Source: Myxococcales bacterium (GTDB taxonomy: Bacteria; Myxococcota_A; UBA9042; JABWCM01; BTVJ01). Taken from it: a stretch of DNA of 64,000 nucleotides. Location of the stretch: positions 320,001 through 384,000 of the forward strand of contig BTVJ01000001.1 in NCBI GenBank assembly GCA_045863395.1, read 5' to 3'. A program made the position numbers and the translations under genes. Below are positions 17,835 through 26,757 of this stretch, piece after piece (position 1 is the first letter of the stretch; every line of letters begins with the position of its first letter). The notes beneath the pieces are model-generated. The model did not search any database. It was not told the DNA's origin and worked only from the letters and a program-made list of their open reading frames with translations.

Positions 17835-19535
17835 CTACCACTCCCCGCCGGGGATGCCGTTGATCGACCGCCCGTTGAGCGGCTGGACGGGGCGGTGGTT
17901 GCCGTGGAGGACGGCGGCCAGCGCCTCGATCTGGTCCTTGGTGGCGCTGATCGGCTGCGCCATCACGTTCCACCTCACGCCCTCCGTACACTTGGGCGTC
18001 GTCAGCGACCCGTCGTAGCGCCAGGTCTCCTGCGCCGGAGGCAGGAGCCCCATCGCGTCGATCACGGGGCCGCCCTCGAGGACGGGGGAGAGGGTCGCAG
18101 GGACGTAGGGCAGGATGGAGGCGAGCGCGTCGTTCTCATCTGGCCCCTCCTCGACGAACACCCCGACCACCGCGGCCCCCTCGGGCCCGTAGTGGACGAA
18201 GTGGATCTCCAGCGGCCAGTCGGCGCCGCTGACGAGGTGCTCGCTGTGGGCGTGGAAGTGGAACTGGTCGAGCTCGTAGGTCGCGCCGTCGATGACCAGC
18301 TCACTCCCCGGCTCCCAGCGCACCTCGACCGTGTGGCCGTTGTTCAGGATGGCGAGCGGCGCCGGCTCCCACTGCACGTGGAACATCTCGGGCACATTGG
18401 GCACGGCCCACTCGCTGGGGATGTCGATGGGGGACTGCGCCTGCCCCTCGGAGCAGAGCACGAAGTCGGGGGAGAGGTCCGCCCAGTGCTCGGGGCCGGT
18501 CTCGCCCTCGTAGCCCCAGTGGGGCCCCTCGACATGGCGATCATGGAGCGGCTGGGCCGGGCGCCAGTTGTGGTCGAAGACCTTGGTGAGCTTGGTGATC
18601 TGGGCAGTGGACGCGGTGATGGGCTGGGACATGACGAACCACTCCACACCCTCGGTGCAGGGGGGCACGGTCAGCGATCCGTCGTAGCGCCAGCTCGCCT
18701 TGACGGCCGGGAGCAGCGCCGCGGCGTCGATGGTCACCCCGGGGACCGCGGTGGCCTTCTGCTCCTCGGTGGGCAGGTTGTCCACCACGGGGTTCAGCGC
18801 CTCGGTCTCCTCACCCTCCTCGATGAACACGCCGACGACGCCGAGCTTGCCGCCCTCCGCCTCGTGGACGAAGTGGAGCTCTGCGGGGTAGAAGTGGCCG
18901 CCGACGGTGTGCTCCGAGCGGGCGTGATAGTGGAGCTGGGTCAGCGCGAAGGTGTGGCCGTCCACGGTCAGCGTGCTGCCCGGGTCGTAGTTGAACTGGA
19001 CCGTGTGGCCGTTGTTGAGGACCACCGCCTTGCTGGTCTTCCAGGCGAAGTTCATCGCGGGGTGGGACGCCGGGCTCACCGCCACGATGTCGATGGGCGA
19101 CTGCGCCATGCCGGTCTCGCACAGCGCGTACTTGTCCGAGAGGCTGCCCCAGTGCTCGGGACCTGTCTCGCCCTCGTAGCTCCAGTGGGGATCTCCGGTG
19201 TGGGCGTCACCCTGGTGGCCGTCACCCTCGTGGGCGTCACCCTCGTGGGCATCGCCAGCGTGGGCATCGTCGACGTGGGCGTCCTCGTGGGCGTCCCCGG
19301 CGAGGCCGTCCTCTGCGTGGCTGTCGCCTCCGTGGATGTCGGCGTGCGCGTCCTCGGACTGACCGTCCCCTGCGTTCGTGTCGCCGGCAAGGGAGTCGCT
19401 GCTCCCCGTGTCACCGACCCCCGCGTCCGCGCCCGATCCGTTGCCGCCGGGTTCATCGCCCTCACACGCGGCCGCTCCCGCGATCACCAGGAACAGCGCG
19501 CTGACGAGCGCGATGGTCCTTCCTCGTACTCTCAT
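17835..19535 (-). CDS. Alpha-carbonic anhydrase lipoprotein with two tandem catalytic domains
   Basis: Two copies of HW(S/G)YEGETGPEHW, QSPIDI, NNGHTV, Q(L/F)H(Y/F)H..SEH, E(L/I)HFVH, RYDGSLTxPxCTEGV. Lipobox AAAC. Confidence 0.92.
   Translation of the reverse strand: MRVRGRTIALVSALFLVIAGAAACEGDEPGGNGSGADAGVGDTGSSDSLAGDTNAGDGQSEDAHADIHGGDSHAEDGLAGDAHEDAHVDDAHAGDAHEGDAHEGDGHQGDAHTGDPHWSYEGETGPEHWGSLSDKYALCETGMAQSPIDIVAVSPASHPAMNFAWKTSKAVVLNNGHTVQFNYDPGSTLTVDGHTFALTQLHYHARSEHTVGGHFYPAELHFVHEAEGGKLGVVGVFIEEGEETEALNPVVDNLPTEEQKATAVPGVTIDAAALLPAVKASWRYDGSLTVPPCTEGVEWFVMSQPITASTAQITKLTKVFDHNWRPAQPLHDRHVEGPHWGYEGETGPEHWADLSPDFVLCSEGQAQSPIDIPSEWAVPNVPEMFHVQWEPAPLAILNNGHTVEVRWEPGSELVIDGATYELDQFHFHAHSEHLVSGADWPLEIHFVHYGPEGAAVVGVFVEEGPDENDALASILPYVPATLSPVLEGGPVIDAMGLLPPAQETWRYDGSLTTPKCTEGVRWNVMAQPISATKDQIEALAAVLHGNHRPVQPLNGRSINGIPGGEW
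19190..19352 (-). repeat. His/Asp-rich pentapeptide repeats (DAHEG-like) in the carbonic anhydrase linker
   Basis: DAHADIHGGDSHAED...GDAHEDAHVDDAHAGDAHEGDAHEGDGHQGDAHTG; 15-bp DNA units such as gtgggcgtcaccctc. Confidence 0.85.
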
Positions 19536-19762
19536 GCTATCTCCTCTATGAGTCGCGTCGCACCGGTCGACGGCGCGCGCGACGGCAGGATCTGTGACGC
19601 CCTGGGGCCAGATTCCCCCAAGTGCCGCTCGCTGGACCGCGGCGCCACTCGCCTGGTGGGGGAGGACTCTCCAGGACTGAAGTTGGAACACGTGGTACAG
19701 CACGGGCCCGTGGGGCGCAAGTCGGCGCGCCGGGATCCATGATCTGGGGGACGGAAGAAAAC

Positions 19763-19829
19763 TTGCACAAAGAAGCAATCGTCTCTTGACACCCACCGCT
19801 GAACGGACATCATTTGCACAATGACGCAA
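19763..19829 (+). promoter_or_regulatory. arsR promoter flanked by two operator copies
   Basis: TTGCACAAAGAAGCAA (19763-19778) and TTGCACAATGACGCAA (19814-19829), both TTGC-N8-GCAA, flank TTGACA(19786)-N16-CATCAT. Confidence 0.7.
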
Positions 19830-20258
19830 CAATGCAACGATGACACGACGCCCTGCTGCTCCCCCCTGGGGGCTCTCCTGTCCCCGGACCTGTTCCGGGC
19901 GCTCGGGGACGCCTCCCGGGTTGACATCCTGACCTGGCTCGCCCGCTGCCGGGAGCCCGTGACGGTCGGAGAGATCGCCACGTGCTGCCCGCTGGACGTC
20001 TCCGTGGTCTCGCGGCACCTGACGGTGCTCCGTGACGCGGGGATCGTCGAGACGCGCAAGGAGGGCCGCAAGGTGCTGGTCAGGCTCCGCTTCGAGCACC
20101 TCTCGGGGCTCCTGCGGCAGATCGCGGACGCCATCGACGCATGCTGCCCACCTGGCGGCGGTTGCGCGGCGCAGCCCCCGGACGGTTCGGGGGCGCCTGC
20201 CAAGAGAGACTCCGGGGGCGACGCTCCCGGGACCGACGTTCAGGAGGAACGACCATGA
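19821..20258 (+). CDS. arsR: ArsR/SmtB family transcriptional regulator
   Basis: FRALGDASRVDIL...VGEIA...SVVSRHLTVLRDAGIV; several CC pairs; coupled to arsM. Confidence 0.88.
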   Translation: MTQQCNDDTTPCCSPLGALLSPDLFRALGDASRVDILTWLARCREPVTVGEIATCCPLDVSVVSRHLTVLRDAGIVETRKEGRKVLVRLRFEHLSGLLRQIADAIDACCPPGGGCAAQPPDGSGAPAKRDSGGDAPGTDVQEERP

Positions 20259-21085
20259 GCGAAGCGAAGGCGATCAGGGACGAGGTGGCGCAGAGCTACA
20301 CGAAGGCGGTATCCGGCGCCTCGTGCTGCAGCACGTCATGCTGCGGCGCGGAGCCGACGAGTGAGACGGCAAAGGCCGCCGGCTACGATCCGGCGGACTT
20401 GGCGAGCCTCCCGGCGGACGCGGTGGCCAGCTCCTTCGGGTGCGGCGCCCCCGTGGCCTTTGCAGGCATCCGCGAGGGGGACACGGTGCTCGACCTGGGC
20501 AGCGGCGCGGGGATCGACCTGCTGCTCGCCGCGCAGAAGGTGGGCCCGGCGGGCAAGGTCATCGGCGTCGACATGACGGACGCGATGATCGAGCGCGCTC
20601 GCGCCAACGCGGCCAGGGCCGGCGCGACCCAGGTGGAGGTCCGCAAGGGCATCATCGAGGAGCTGCCCGTCGCGACGGAGAGCGTGGACTGGGTGATCTC
20701 CAACTGCGTGGTCAACCTGTCGCCGGAGAAGGACCGGGTGTTCCGCGAGATCGCGCGTGTCCTCAAGCCGGGCGGGGAGCTGTCCATCTCCGACATCGTG
20801 GTGGAGGAGCTGCCGGCCGCCCTGCGGGGAAACCCGGCGCTGCGCGCGGCGTGCGTCGCCGGCGCCATCACGGAGGCCGAGTACCTGGCGGGCCTGCGGG
20901 CGGCGGGGCTGTCGGAGGTGCGCGTCGAGGATCGGCTGGTCTATGACGCGGCGCAGATCGCGGGCTTCCTGGGCGGCGACGAGCTGGGGGAGCTGACCCG
21001 AGCGCTTCCCGCCGAGGTGGTGCGGGCGCTGCCCAAGGCGCTCGACGGCAAGGTGTGGAGCGCGCGGTTCCGCGCACGCAGGTGA
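20255..21085 (+). CDS. arsM: Arsenite S-adenosylmethyltransferase
   Basis: SFGCGAP, VLDLGSGAGID, IGVDMT, VISNCVVNLSPEK, ACVAGA; N-terminal CCxxxCC. Confidence 0.9.
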   Translation: MSEAKAIRDEVAQSYTKAVSGASCCSTSCCGAEPTSETAKAAGYDPADLASLPADAVASSFGCGAPVAFAGIREGDTVLDLGSGAGIDLLLAAQKVGPAGKVIGVDMTDAMIERARANAARAGATQVEVRKGIIEELPVATESVDWVISNCVVNLSPEKDRVFREIARVLKPGGELSISDIVVEELPAALRGNPALRAACVAGAITEAEYLAGLRAAGLSEVRVEDRLVYDAAQIAGFLGGDELGELTRALPAEVVRALPKALDGKVWSARFRARR

Positions 21086-21091
21086 GGAGAA

Positions 21092-21119
21092 CCCGGGCGC
21101 GGGTCGGCCCGCGTCCGGG
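21092..21119 (+). terminator. GC-rich stem-loop after arsM
   Basis: cccgggcgcggg-tcgg-cccgcgtccggg; no U-tract. Confidence 0.4.
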
Positions 21120-21291
21120 AGCCACCAGACTCGGGGCACGGGAACCCCGGGACGCGCTCCCGGGGCGACGACACGCGACAGCCCCGGGCGCACAAGGGAG
21201 ACGCTCCCAGCCGTCGCATCCACGCCCTGGCGGCCAGACTGCGCTTCTGGTATAGGGGGAGCTACCTGACAATCAATTCCGCGAGGGTGCC

Positions 21292-23940
21292 ATGCGCCTC
21301 CTGCCCGTGCTCGTCCTGGCGTTGTCCGTCCACGCACGTGCGGCCGTCCCGGACCGCGTCCCGTTCCAGGGCTTCCTGGCCACATCCTCGGGAGCTCCCG
21401 CATCGGGGTCCTACGCGCTGACCATCCGGGTGTTCGATGCCCAGACGGGCGGAGCGCTCCTCTACGAGCAGCCCGCCAGCGTCGCCGTGGGCGGCGGGCT
21501 CTTCGACGTGGAGCTGGGGCCGCTGCCCGCGGCGGTGACGGCAGCCCCATCCCGGTGGGTGGAGGTGCAGGTGGAGGCCGAGCCCCCGCTGGCCCGCCGC
21601 CCGCTGCTGGCTGCCGCCTTCGCGCTCCAGGCGGGGCGGGCGGACCTGGCCACCGCCGCGGAGACCCTGGCGTGCTCCGGCTGCGTAGGGACGGCGCTGA
21701 TCGCGCCCGGAGCGATCAAGGCGGCCCAGCTCGGCGTCCCATGGGCGGCTGGCGCAGGGCCCGGGGGCGACGCGGCGGGGCTCGCGTGCTCGGGCTGTGT
21801 GGACGCGACGGACCTGGCGGCGGGCAGCGTCGGCACGGCGGCGTTGCAGGATGGGGGCGTCGCGAGCGCGGACGTCGCCTTCACCTACGCGGGCAGCGCG
21901 TCCAAGGGCGGTCCTGCGGGCGACGTCGCCTGCACGGGCTGCATCCACAGCGCAGACCTGGCGGCCAACCTGGAGGTCACTGGATCCTTCGCGGCCGACG
22001 GCTCCACCCTCTACGTGGACGGGCTGACCCACCGGGTGGGGGTCGGCGTCGGCGCGCCGGCCAGCACGCTGCATGTGGTCGGCGGGACCTTCCAGGGGAC
22101 GACCATCGACCAGAAGGGCAACGGGCCGGCCCTGGAGGTGACGCGGAGCGGCGCGGGCGAGGGGCCCAACGATCCCGTGTTGCGGGTCACGGAGCTGCGC
22201 CAGGGGGGCGGCAGCGCGCAGCCGGTCCTGGGCGTGGTCGGGGCGAGCACCAGCGGGTGGTTCGTGCAGGTGGGCAACCCGCCCAACGGCAACTCCAGCA
22301 ACCCCACGGGCGGTGGCCTCATCGTCCAGAACACGGCGGCGAGCACGAGGCCCACCCTGCGCCTCGTCCAGGGCGGAGCGGCGCCGGTCATCGAGGGCGG
22401 CGACGGCTCGGCGACCACGTTCACGGTGGCGAAGTCGGGAGCGGTCGCGGCCAAGGCGCTGGATCTCGGGGGCGGCTCGCTGACGTCCTTCCGGGCCCAT
22501 CCGGCGTCGACGGCTCCGGGATCGTGTAGCAACGCCAACGCGGGGCAGATCTGGTTCGACACGGCCAACGCGAAGTTCATGGGCTGCGACGGCACCGAGT
22601 GGGTCCCCCTGTCGGGCGGGTCGGCGGGGCCAGGGTCGAGCCAGTCGCTGGCGGGCCGGGACTGCGTGGAGCTGAAGGAGCTGGGCGTCCAGGCGAGCGG
22701 CATCTACTGGATCGACCCGAACGGGGGCACCCAGGCCGACGCCTTCCCCGCCTACTGCGAGATGGACACCGACGGCGGCGGCTGGACCATGTGCTACACG
22801 GACAATGGGGAGGTGCGCCTCCAGTCGCAGACGACCTTCACCCAGGCGAACCCCTACGGGACGGACGGCTATCGGACCGCCTGTGGGGCCGTCGCGTGGT
22901 CCGAGGTGCTGTACGTCAACCACACGGCCAACCAGAAGGCGTGGTTCAAGCGCGACATCGACCTGGACCTGACGTTCGGCGCGACGGGCTACGACAGCAC
23001 GGGCGGCTCCTTCGGCACCTGGTCGGGCTACGGCGTCGCGAGCGCGTCCACGAAGTACCAGGTGATGGTGTGCGACACGTCGGGCCTGTTCGGCGCCATC
23101 ATGACCACGGGCTACAACGGCTGCTGGAAGTACTGCAACAACTGGTGCAACGACGGGTCGGCCACCTACTTCCGTACCGATGCGGACAGCGGGGGCAGCT
23201 TCAACGGCGTCGCCTTCAACGAGAACGGCCACCAGACCGTCTCGACCAAGCTCATGAGCGTGGGGATCCGGCGGGCGCGGCCGTTCACCGATGCGCCATC
23301 CAACACCAAGGACACGCCGGCCGCGTCCTGCCTGGCGCTGCGCAACGGGGGCACCGACACGGACGGCTACTACTGGCTCGACCCCAACGGCGGGAGCGCG
23401 GCCGACTCGTTCCTCGCATGGTGCGACATGACGACGGACGGCGGCGGCTGGACCATGTGCCACACGGACAACGCGGAGGTCCACGCCAAGACCGAGGTGA
23501 CCTTCTCGATGGCGGGCGCCTTCGGCTTCGACGGCTACCGCAGCGACTGCCGCAACATCCCGTTCAACAACGTGCTCTACGTGAACCACGACAACGGCCA
23601 GAAGGCGTGGTTCAAGCGGGACACGGCCGGGACCATCGTCGCCAGCAGCACGACCTGGTTCACCAACGGGTCCACCTACGGGCTCTGGACCGGCTACGGG
23701 TCGATGAACGGCAGCTACAAGTACCAGCTCCTGCTCTGCGACAACGGGTGGATGTGGACCGGCTTCTTCATCTCCGGCTACACGAGCTGCTGGAAGGGGT
23801 GCAACAACTGGTGCAGCGACGGCTCGACCCCCTACTACCGCTACGATGGCGATGACGGCGGCAGCTACAACGGCGTCTCGTTCAACCAGAACGGCCACAC
23901 GAACGTGCCCTACAAGATGATGAGCGTGGGGGTCCGGTAG
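21292..23940 (+). CDS. Secreted fibre-like adhesin with two fibrinogen-like YCDxxxxGGGW domains
   Basis: Signal peptide, VPFQGFL N-domain, three ACxGC(V/I) repeats, RVGVGVGAPASTLHV, C..AGQIWFD...FMGCDGTEW, then YCEMDTDGGGW and WCDMTTDGGGW domains. Confidence 0.8.
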   Translation: MRLLPVLVLALSVHARAAVPDRVPFQGFLATSSGAPASGSYALTIRVFDAQTGGALLYEQPASVAVGGGLFDVELGPLPAAVTAAPSRWVEVQVEAEPPLARRPLLAAAFALQAGRADLATAAETLACSGCVGTALIAPGAIKAAQLGVPWAAGAGPGGDAAGLACSGCVDATDLAAGSVGTAALQDGGVASADVAFTYAGSASKGGPAGDVACTGCIHSADLAANLEVTGSFAADGSTLYVDGLTHRVGVGVGAPASTLHVVGGTFQGTTIDQKGNGPALEVTRSGAGEGPNDPVLRVTELRQGGGSAQPVLGVVGASTSGWFVQVGNPPNGNSSNPTGGGLIVQNTAASTRPTLRLVQGGAAPVIEGGDGSATTFTVAKSGAVAAKALDLGGGSLTSFRAHPASTAPGSCSNANAGQIWFDTANAKFMGCDGTEWVPLSGGSAGPGSSQSLAGRDCVELKELGVQASGIYWIDPNGGTQADAFPAYCEMDTDGGGWTMCYTDNGEVRLQSQTTFTQANPYGTDGYRTACGAVAWSEVLYVNHTANQKAWFKRDIDLDLTFGATGYDSTGGSFGTWSGYGVASASTKYQVMVCDTSGLFGAIMTTGYNGCWKYCNNWCNDGSATYFRTDADSGGSFNGVAFNENGHQTVSTKLMSVGIRRARPFTDAPSNTKDTPAASCLALRNGGTDTDGYYWLDPNGGSAADSFLAWCDMTTDGGGWTMCHTDNAEVHAKTEVTFSMAGAFGFDGYRSDCRNIPFNNVLYVNHDNGQKAWFKRDTAGTIVASSTTWFTNGSTYGLWTGYGSMNGSYKYQLLLCDNGWMWTGFFISGYTSCWKGCNNWCSDGSTPYYRYDGDDGGSYNGVSFNQNGHTNVPYKMMSVGVR

Positions 23941-24004
23941 GCGGTTACACGTCGAAGTGGAGAGCGCTCGTTGGGGCGCGCCACCTGGTGCGTCCTGCAA
24001 CGGC

Positions 24005-24634
24005 ATGCGATGGCTGCTCCTGCTCCTGGTCGTTCCCGGTCCCGCGCTCGCGCTCCCGCTGCACGCGCCGCTGCCCGCCAACGCCGCGCCGGAGGAGGAG
24101 GCCGCGCTCTCCGTGCTGCGCGGCGAGGGGTGCGAGCTGAGGGGCCTGACCGCCGCGGAGGACCGGGTGGTGCGCTCAGCCGCGGCGCGCGTCACCCGCG
24201 CGCTCGCGGACCCGGAGGTCGTGGACCTGCTGCGGAGCAAGACCGACTGGGTCGTCGAGGAGGACGCGGGGTGGCGCACCAAGGCCGTGGACGTGCCGCT
24301 GGCGCTCCGCTGGGAGAGGCTGATCGGCGTGTTCGTGCTCGACGGCGGCTGTGACGTGGCGGGGGGAGCCGAGGCGCTCACCGTCATGGGCACGCGGGCC
24401 ATCGTCCTGCGAGCGCCTCTGCTCGCCCCCGGGCAGGAGGTCTCGCTGTCACGCACGCTGATCCACGAGGCGCTGCACGTGCTCGGCTACACCCACCCGG
24501 ACGCCACGGTCGATCTCGGCGGCGTGACGTACAACAACAGCGTGCCCGTGTACGTCGGGTGCATCCTCCAGCGGTGGCCGGACCTGGTGGCAGCCCGCAG
24601 AGACTGCCACCAGCCGGGAGACCACCTACTCTGA
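24005..24634 (+). CDS. Secreted small zinc metallopeptidase-like protein (HExxHxxGxxH)
   Basis: Signal peptide MRWLLLLL; TLIHEALHVLGYTH...NNSVPVYVG. Confidence 0.65.
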   Translation: MRWLLLLLVVPGPALALPLHAPLPANAAPEEEAALSVLRGEGCELRGLTAAEDRVVRSAAARVTRALADPEVVDLLRSKTDWVVEEDAGWRTKAVDVPLALRWERLIGVFVLDGGCDVAGGAEALTVMGTRAIVLRAPLLAPGQEVSLSRTLIHEALHVLGYTHPDATVDLGGVTYNNSVPVYVGCILQRWPDLVAARRDCHQPGDHLL

Positions 24635-25489
24635 CGGAGCGGCGATGGGCTCCACCACGATGTCGACGCGACGGTTCTCCGCGCGCCCGGTCGGGGTGTC
24701 ATTGGAGGCTGCGGGGCGACCCTCTCCGTAGCCCTTCGTGTCCACACGCGAGGCGGGGACGCCCTTGCCGACCAGGTACTCCTTGACCGCCTGCGCCCGG
24801 GCGATGGAGAGCTGCAGGTTGCGCTCGTCCGGCCCCTGGTTGTCCGTGTGGCCCTCGACCACCACGTTGCGGTCAGGGACGCTCCGGAGCAGGTCGGACA
24901 CGCGGTCGAGCTTGTCGAAGGCGGAGGGCCGGAGCTGAGTCTTCCCCGTGTCGAAGAGCACTCCGCCTGACAGGCTGATCACCAGGCCTCTTGCCTCTTG
25001 GGAGATTCGCGCCTCCTCCTTCAGCCGGTCCATGGCCTGGTTCATCTTCGCCTCGGCCTGGATCCGAGCCTGTTTCTCCTGCTCGAGCTGCTGCTGCTTC
25101 TCCTGGAGCGCCTGCTCCTTCTCGCGGACCTCCTCCCCGAACCGGGCACCAGCCTGCACGAGCTGCTCCTTCGCCTGGGTCAGCCGCGAATCGTACAAGC
25201 GGGTCTGGGCGATGACAGTCGCCTGCTCCGCCTTGCGCTGCGCGATGTACGCCCGATCTCGCACGCTCCACTCGTTTCCGTTCGAGTCGAAGTCACTCTC
25301 CGCCGCGGCGAGCCACTGCTTGGCCGTCAGGAGCTCCGACGGCGCCTTCGAGGCCGCAGGGCCCTTCTCGGCCTCCGCCACGGCGATCCTCGCCTGCTTC
25401 AGCTCCTCGGGAGTCGTCGTTGCACACCCCGCCCCGGTCAGCATCAGCGCCGTGATCGGCACACTCCACATCGCTCTGTGAGTCATCAT
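24626..25489 (-). CDS. OmpA-family lipoprotein with N-terminal DUF4398 domain
   Basis: Lipobox GAGC, coiled coil, RGLVISL..VLFDTGK, EGHTD, NLQLSIARA, NRRVDI. Confidence 0.92.
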   Translation of the reverse strand: MMTHRAMWSVPITALMLTGAGCATTTPEELKQARIAVAEAEKGPAASKAPSELLTAKQWLAAAESDFDSNGNEWSVRDRAYIAQRKAEQATVIAQTRLYDSRLTQAKEQLVQAGARFGEEVREKEQALQEKQQQLEQEKQARIQAEAKMNQAMDRLKEEARISQEARGLVISLSGGVLFDTGKTQLRPSAFDKLDRVSDLLRSVPDRNVVVEGHTDNQGPDERNLQLSIARAQAVKEYLVGKGVPASRVDTKGYGEGRPAASNDTPTGRAENRRVDIVVEPIAAPSE

Positions 25490-25510
25490 GGGGGTCCTCC
25501 ATGCGCCGGG

Positions 25511-25873
25511 TCAGCGGACCTCGGTCGCTCCCATCAGCTTCTGGATCTGGCGCTCCGCAGCGTCTGCCTGCTTGCGGGTCGCCTCCATCTGCGCGATCTG
25601 CCGCGCGACCTCCGCGTCCGCCTGTGCCCGCTCCAGCACGAGCTTCGCCCGGGCGTTCTCTCCGTCCTCGATCAGCCGCTTGGCCGCGGTGTACTGGTCC
25701 GCGGCCAGCTTCAGGTGAAGCGATGCCTGGGGGATCTCGCCCGCTCCGATCGCCTCCGCTTCGCGGATGGCGGCCTCCGGGGCCGCCGTCTGCTCGACGG
25801 TGGGCGCGGAGGCGCCGCAGGCCCCGAGCCAGCCGCCGAGGGCTCCAATCGCCATGAGTTTGAAGATTGTCAT
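25511..25873 (-). CDS. DUF4398 lipoprotein
   Basis: Lipobox LGAC; AAIREAEAIGA...ASLHLKLA...LERAQADAEVA. Usual partner of OmpA-DUF4398. Confidence 0.85.
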   Translation of the reverse strand: MTIFKLMAIGALGGWLGACGASAPTVEQTAAPEAAIREAEAIGAGEIPQASLHLKLAADQYTAAKRLIEDGENARAKLVLERAQADAEVARQIAQMEATRKQADAAERQIQKLMGATEVR

Positions 25874-26020
25874 GGATCCTGCCTCCTGGGCCTCCGACAC
25901 AGCGATTCTGCCAGTCACGCAGCATTGGTGCTGCATCGGGCCCGTCTCAGGTTGTGTGTACCCCATCCCAGGGACCACACGGCAGCTAAGGCAGTCTCGT
26001 GAGAGGAGTCAAGATCCGGC

Positions 26021-26090
26021 GGGGGTCAAGTGTACTCATATCTCATATCCTGGCGCCCCAGGATATGAGATATGAGTACGCTTGACCCCC
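26021..26090. repeat. 70-bp near-perfect inverted repeat (33-bp arms, 4-nt loop)
   Basis: gggggtcaagtgtactcatatctcatatcctgg-cgcc-ccaggatatgagatatgagtacgcttgaccccc; a single T.G mismatch. Confidence 0.95.
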
Positions 26091-26091
26091 A

Positions 26092-26757
26092 TCAGCTCGC
26101 CGCGAGGAGGGCGAGCCACGCCGCGAACAAGGCCGCGGAGGCGGCGGCCCAGCGGAGGGCGGTGGCTCGGCGGACCGGGCCGTCGCCCGGGACGCTGCGC
26201 CAGACGCCGGTGGCCATGGCGGCGATCCAGGCGGCGAAGCAGAGGACGGCGACGGTGGCCGGCACGGGCTTCGGGGAGCGGTCGCGGGCCACGTCCTCGC
26301 GGAAGCGGGCCTCCAGGGCCGGGCGGTCTTCTGAAGAGGAGCGGGGGCCCGTCGGGTGGACCTCGCGGGCGCGGGCGAGGACCGCGGGGAGGCGCTCGTT
26401 GGCCGCGGCGAGGGCCGCCGCGTGGGGGGTGTAGAAGCTGCGGGCCCCGAGGGAGGCCGCACGCACCGCGTCGTAGGCCTCCAGGGCGAGGAGCCAGTCC
26501 TCACGCTGCTCGGCGGCGGCTCCCAGCGCCATGAGCTCCGCGACGGCGTCCGCCGCCCAGGGGTTGCCGGGGGTCACCCAGCGGCCGGCGGAGCGGAGGT
26601 GGAAGAGGGCGGCCGGGTGGTCGCCGCGCAGGAGGGCGGCGCGCCCCGCGTCGAGGGCGGCATGGGACTCGACGAGGGCGCGGGCGGCCATGGCGGCGAC
26701 GACCACGAGCGCGACCAGGGCGACGCGCACCAGGGCGCGGCGGACCGGGCCGCGCAT
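26092..26757 (-). CDS. Hypothetical membrane protein with helical (TPR-like) domain, last gene of the pilG-H-I operon
   Basis: Start overlaps the pilI stop; N-terminal TM, helical RW..PGNP...RSFYTPH segment, two C-terminal TMs. Confidence 0.7.
   Translation of the reverse strand: MRGPVRRALVRVALVALVVVAAMAARALVESHAALDAGRAALLRGDHPAALFHLRSAGRWVTPGNPWAADAVAELMALGAAAEQREDWLLALEAYDAVRAASLGARSFYTPHAAALAAANERLPAVLARAREVHPTGPRSSSEDRPALEARFREDVARDRSPKPVPATVAVLCFAAWIAAMATGVWRSVPGDGPVRRATALRWAAASAALFAAWLALLAAS

Noticed and set aside
19190..19352. CRISPR array or VNTR-type element
   Set aside because: Short in-frame coding repeats without unique spacers; no cas genes.
22650..23940. Diversity-generating retroelement (TR/VR) in the duplicated fibrinogen-like domains
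   Set aside because: No reverse transcriptase in the window; both copies are in-frame and differ at all base types, consistent with an old domain duplication.
26021..26090. Calling the palindrome an IS or an intrinsic terminator
   Set aside because: No transposase, no target-site duplication and no U-tract. Kept only as an unexplained repeat.
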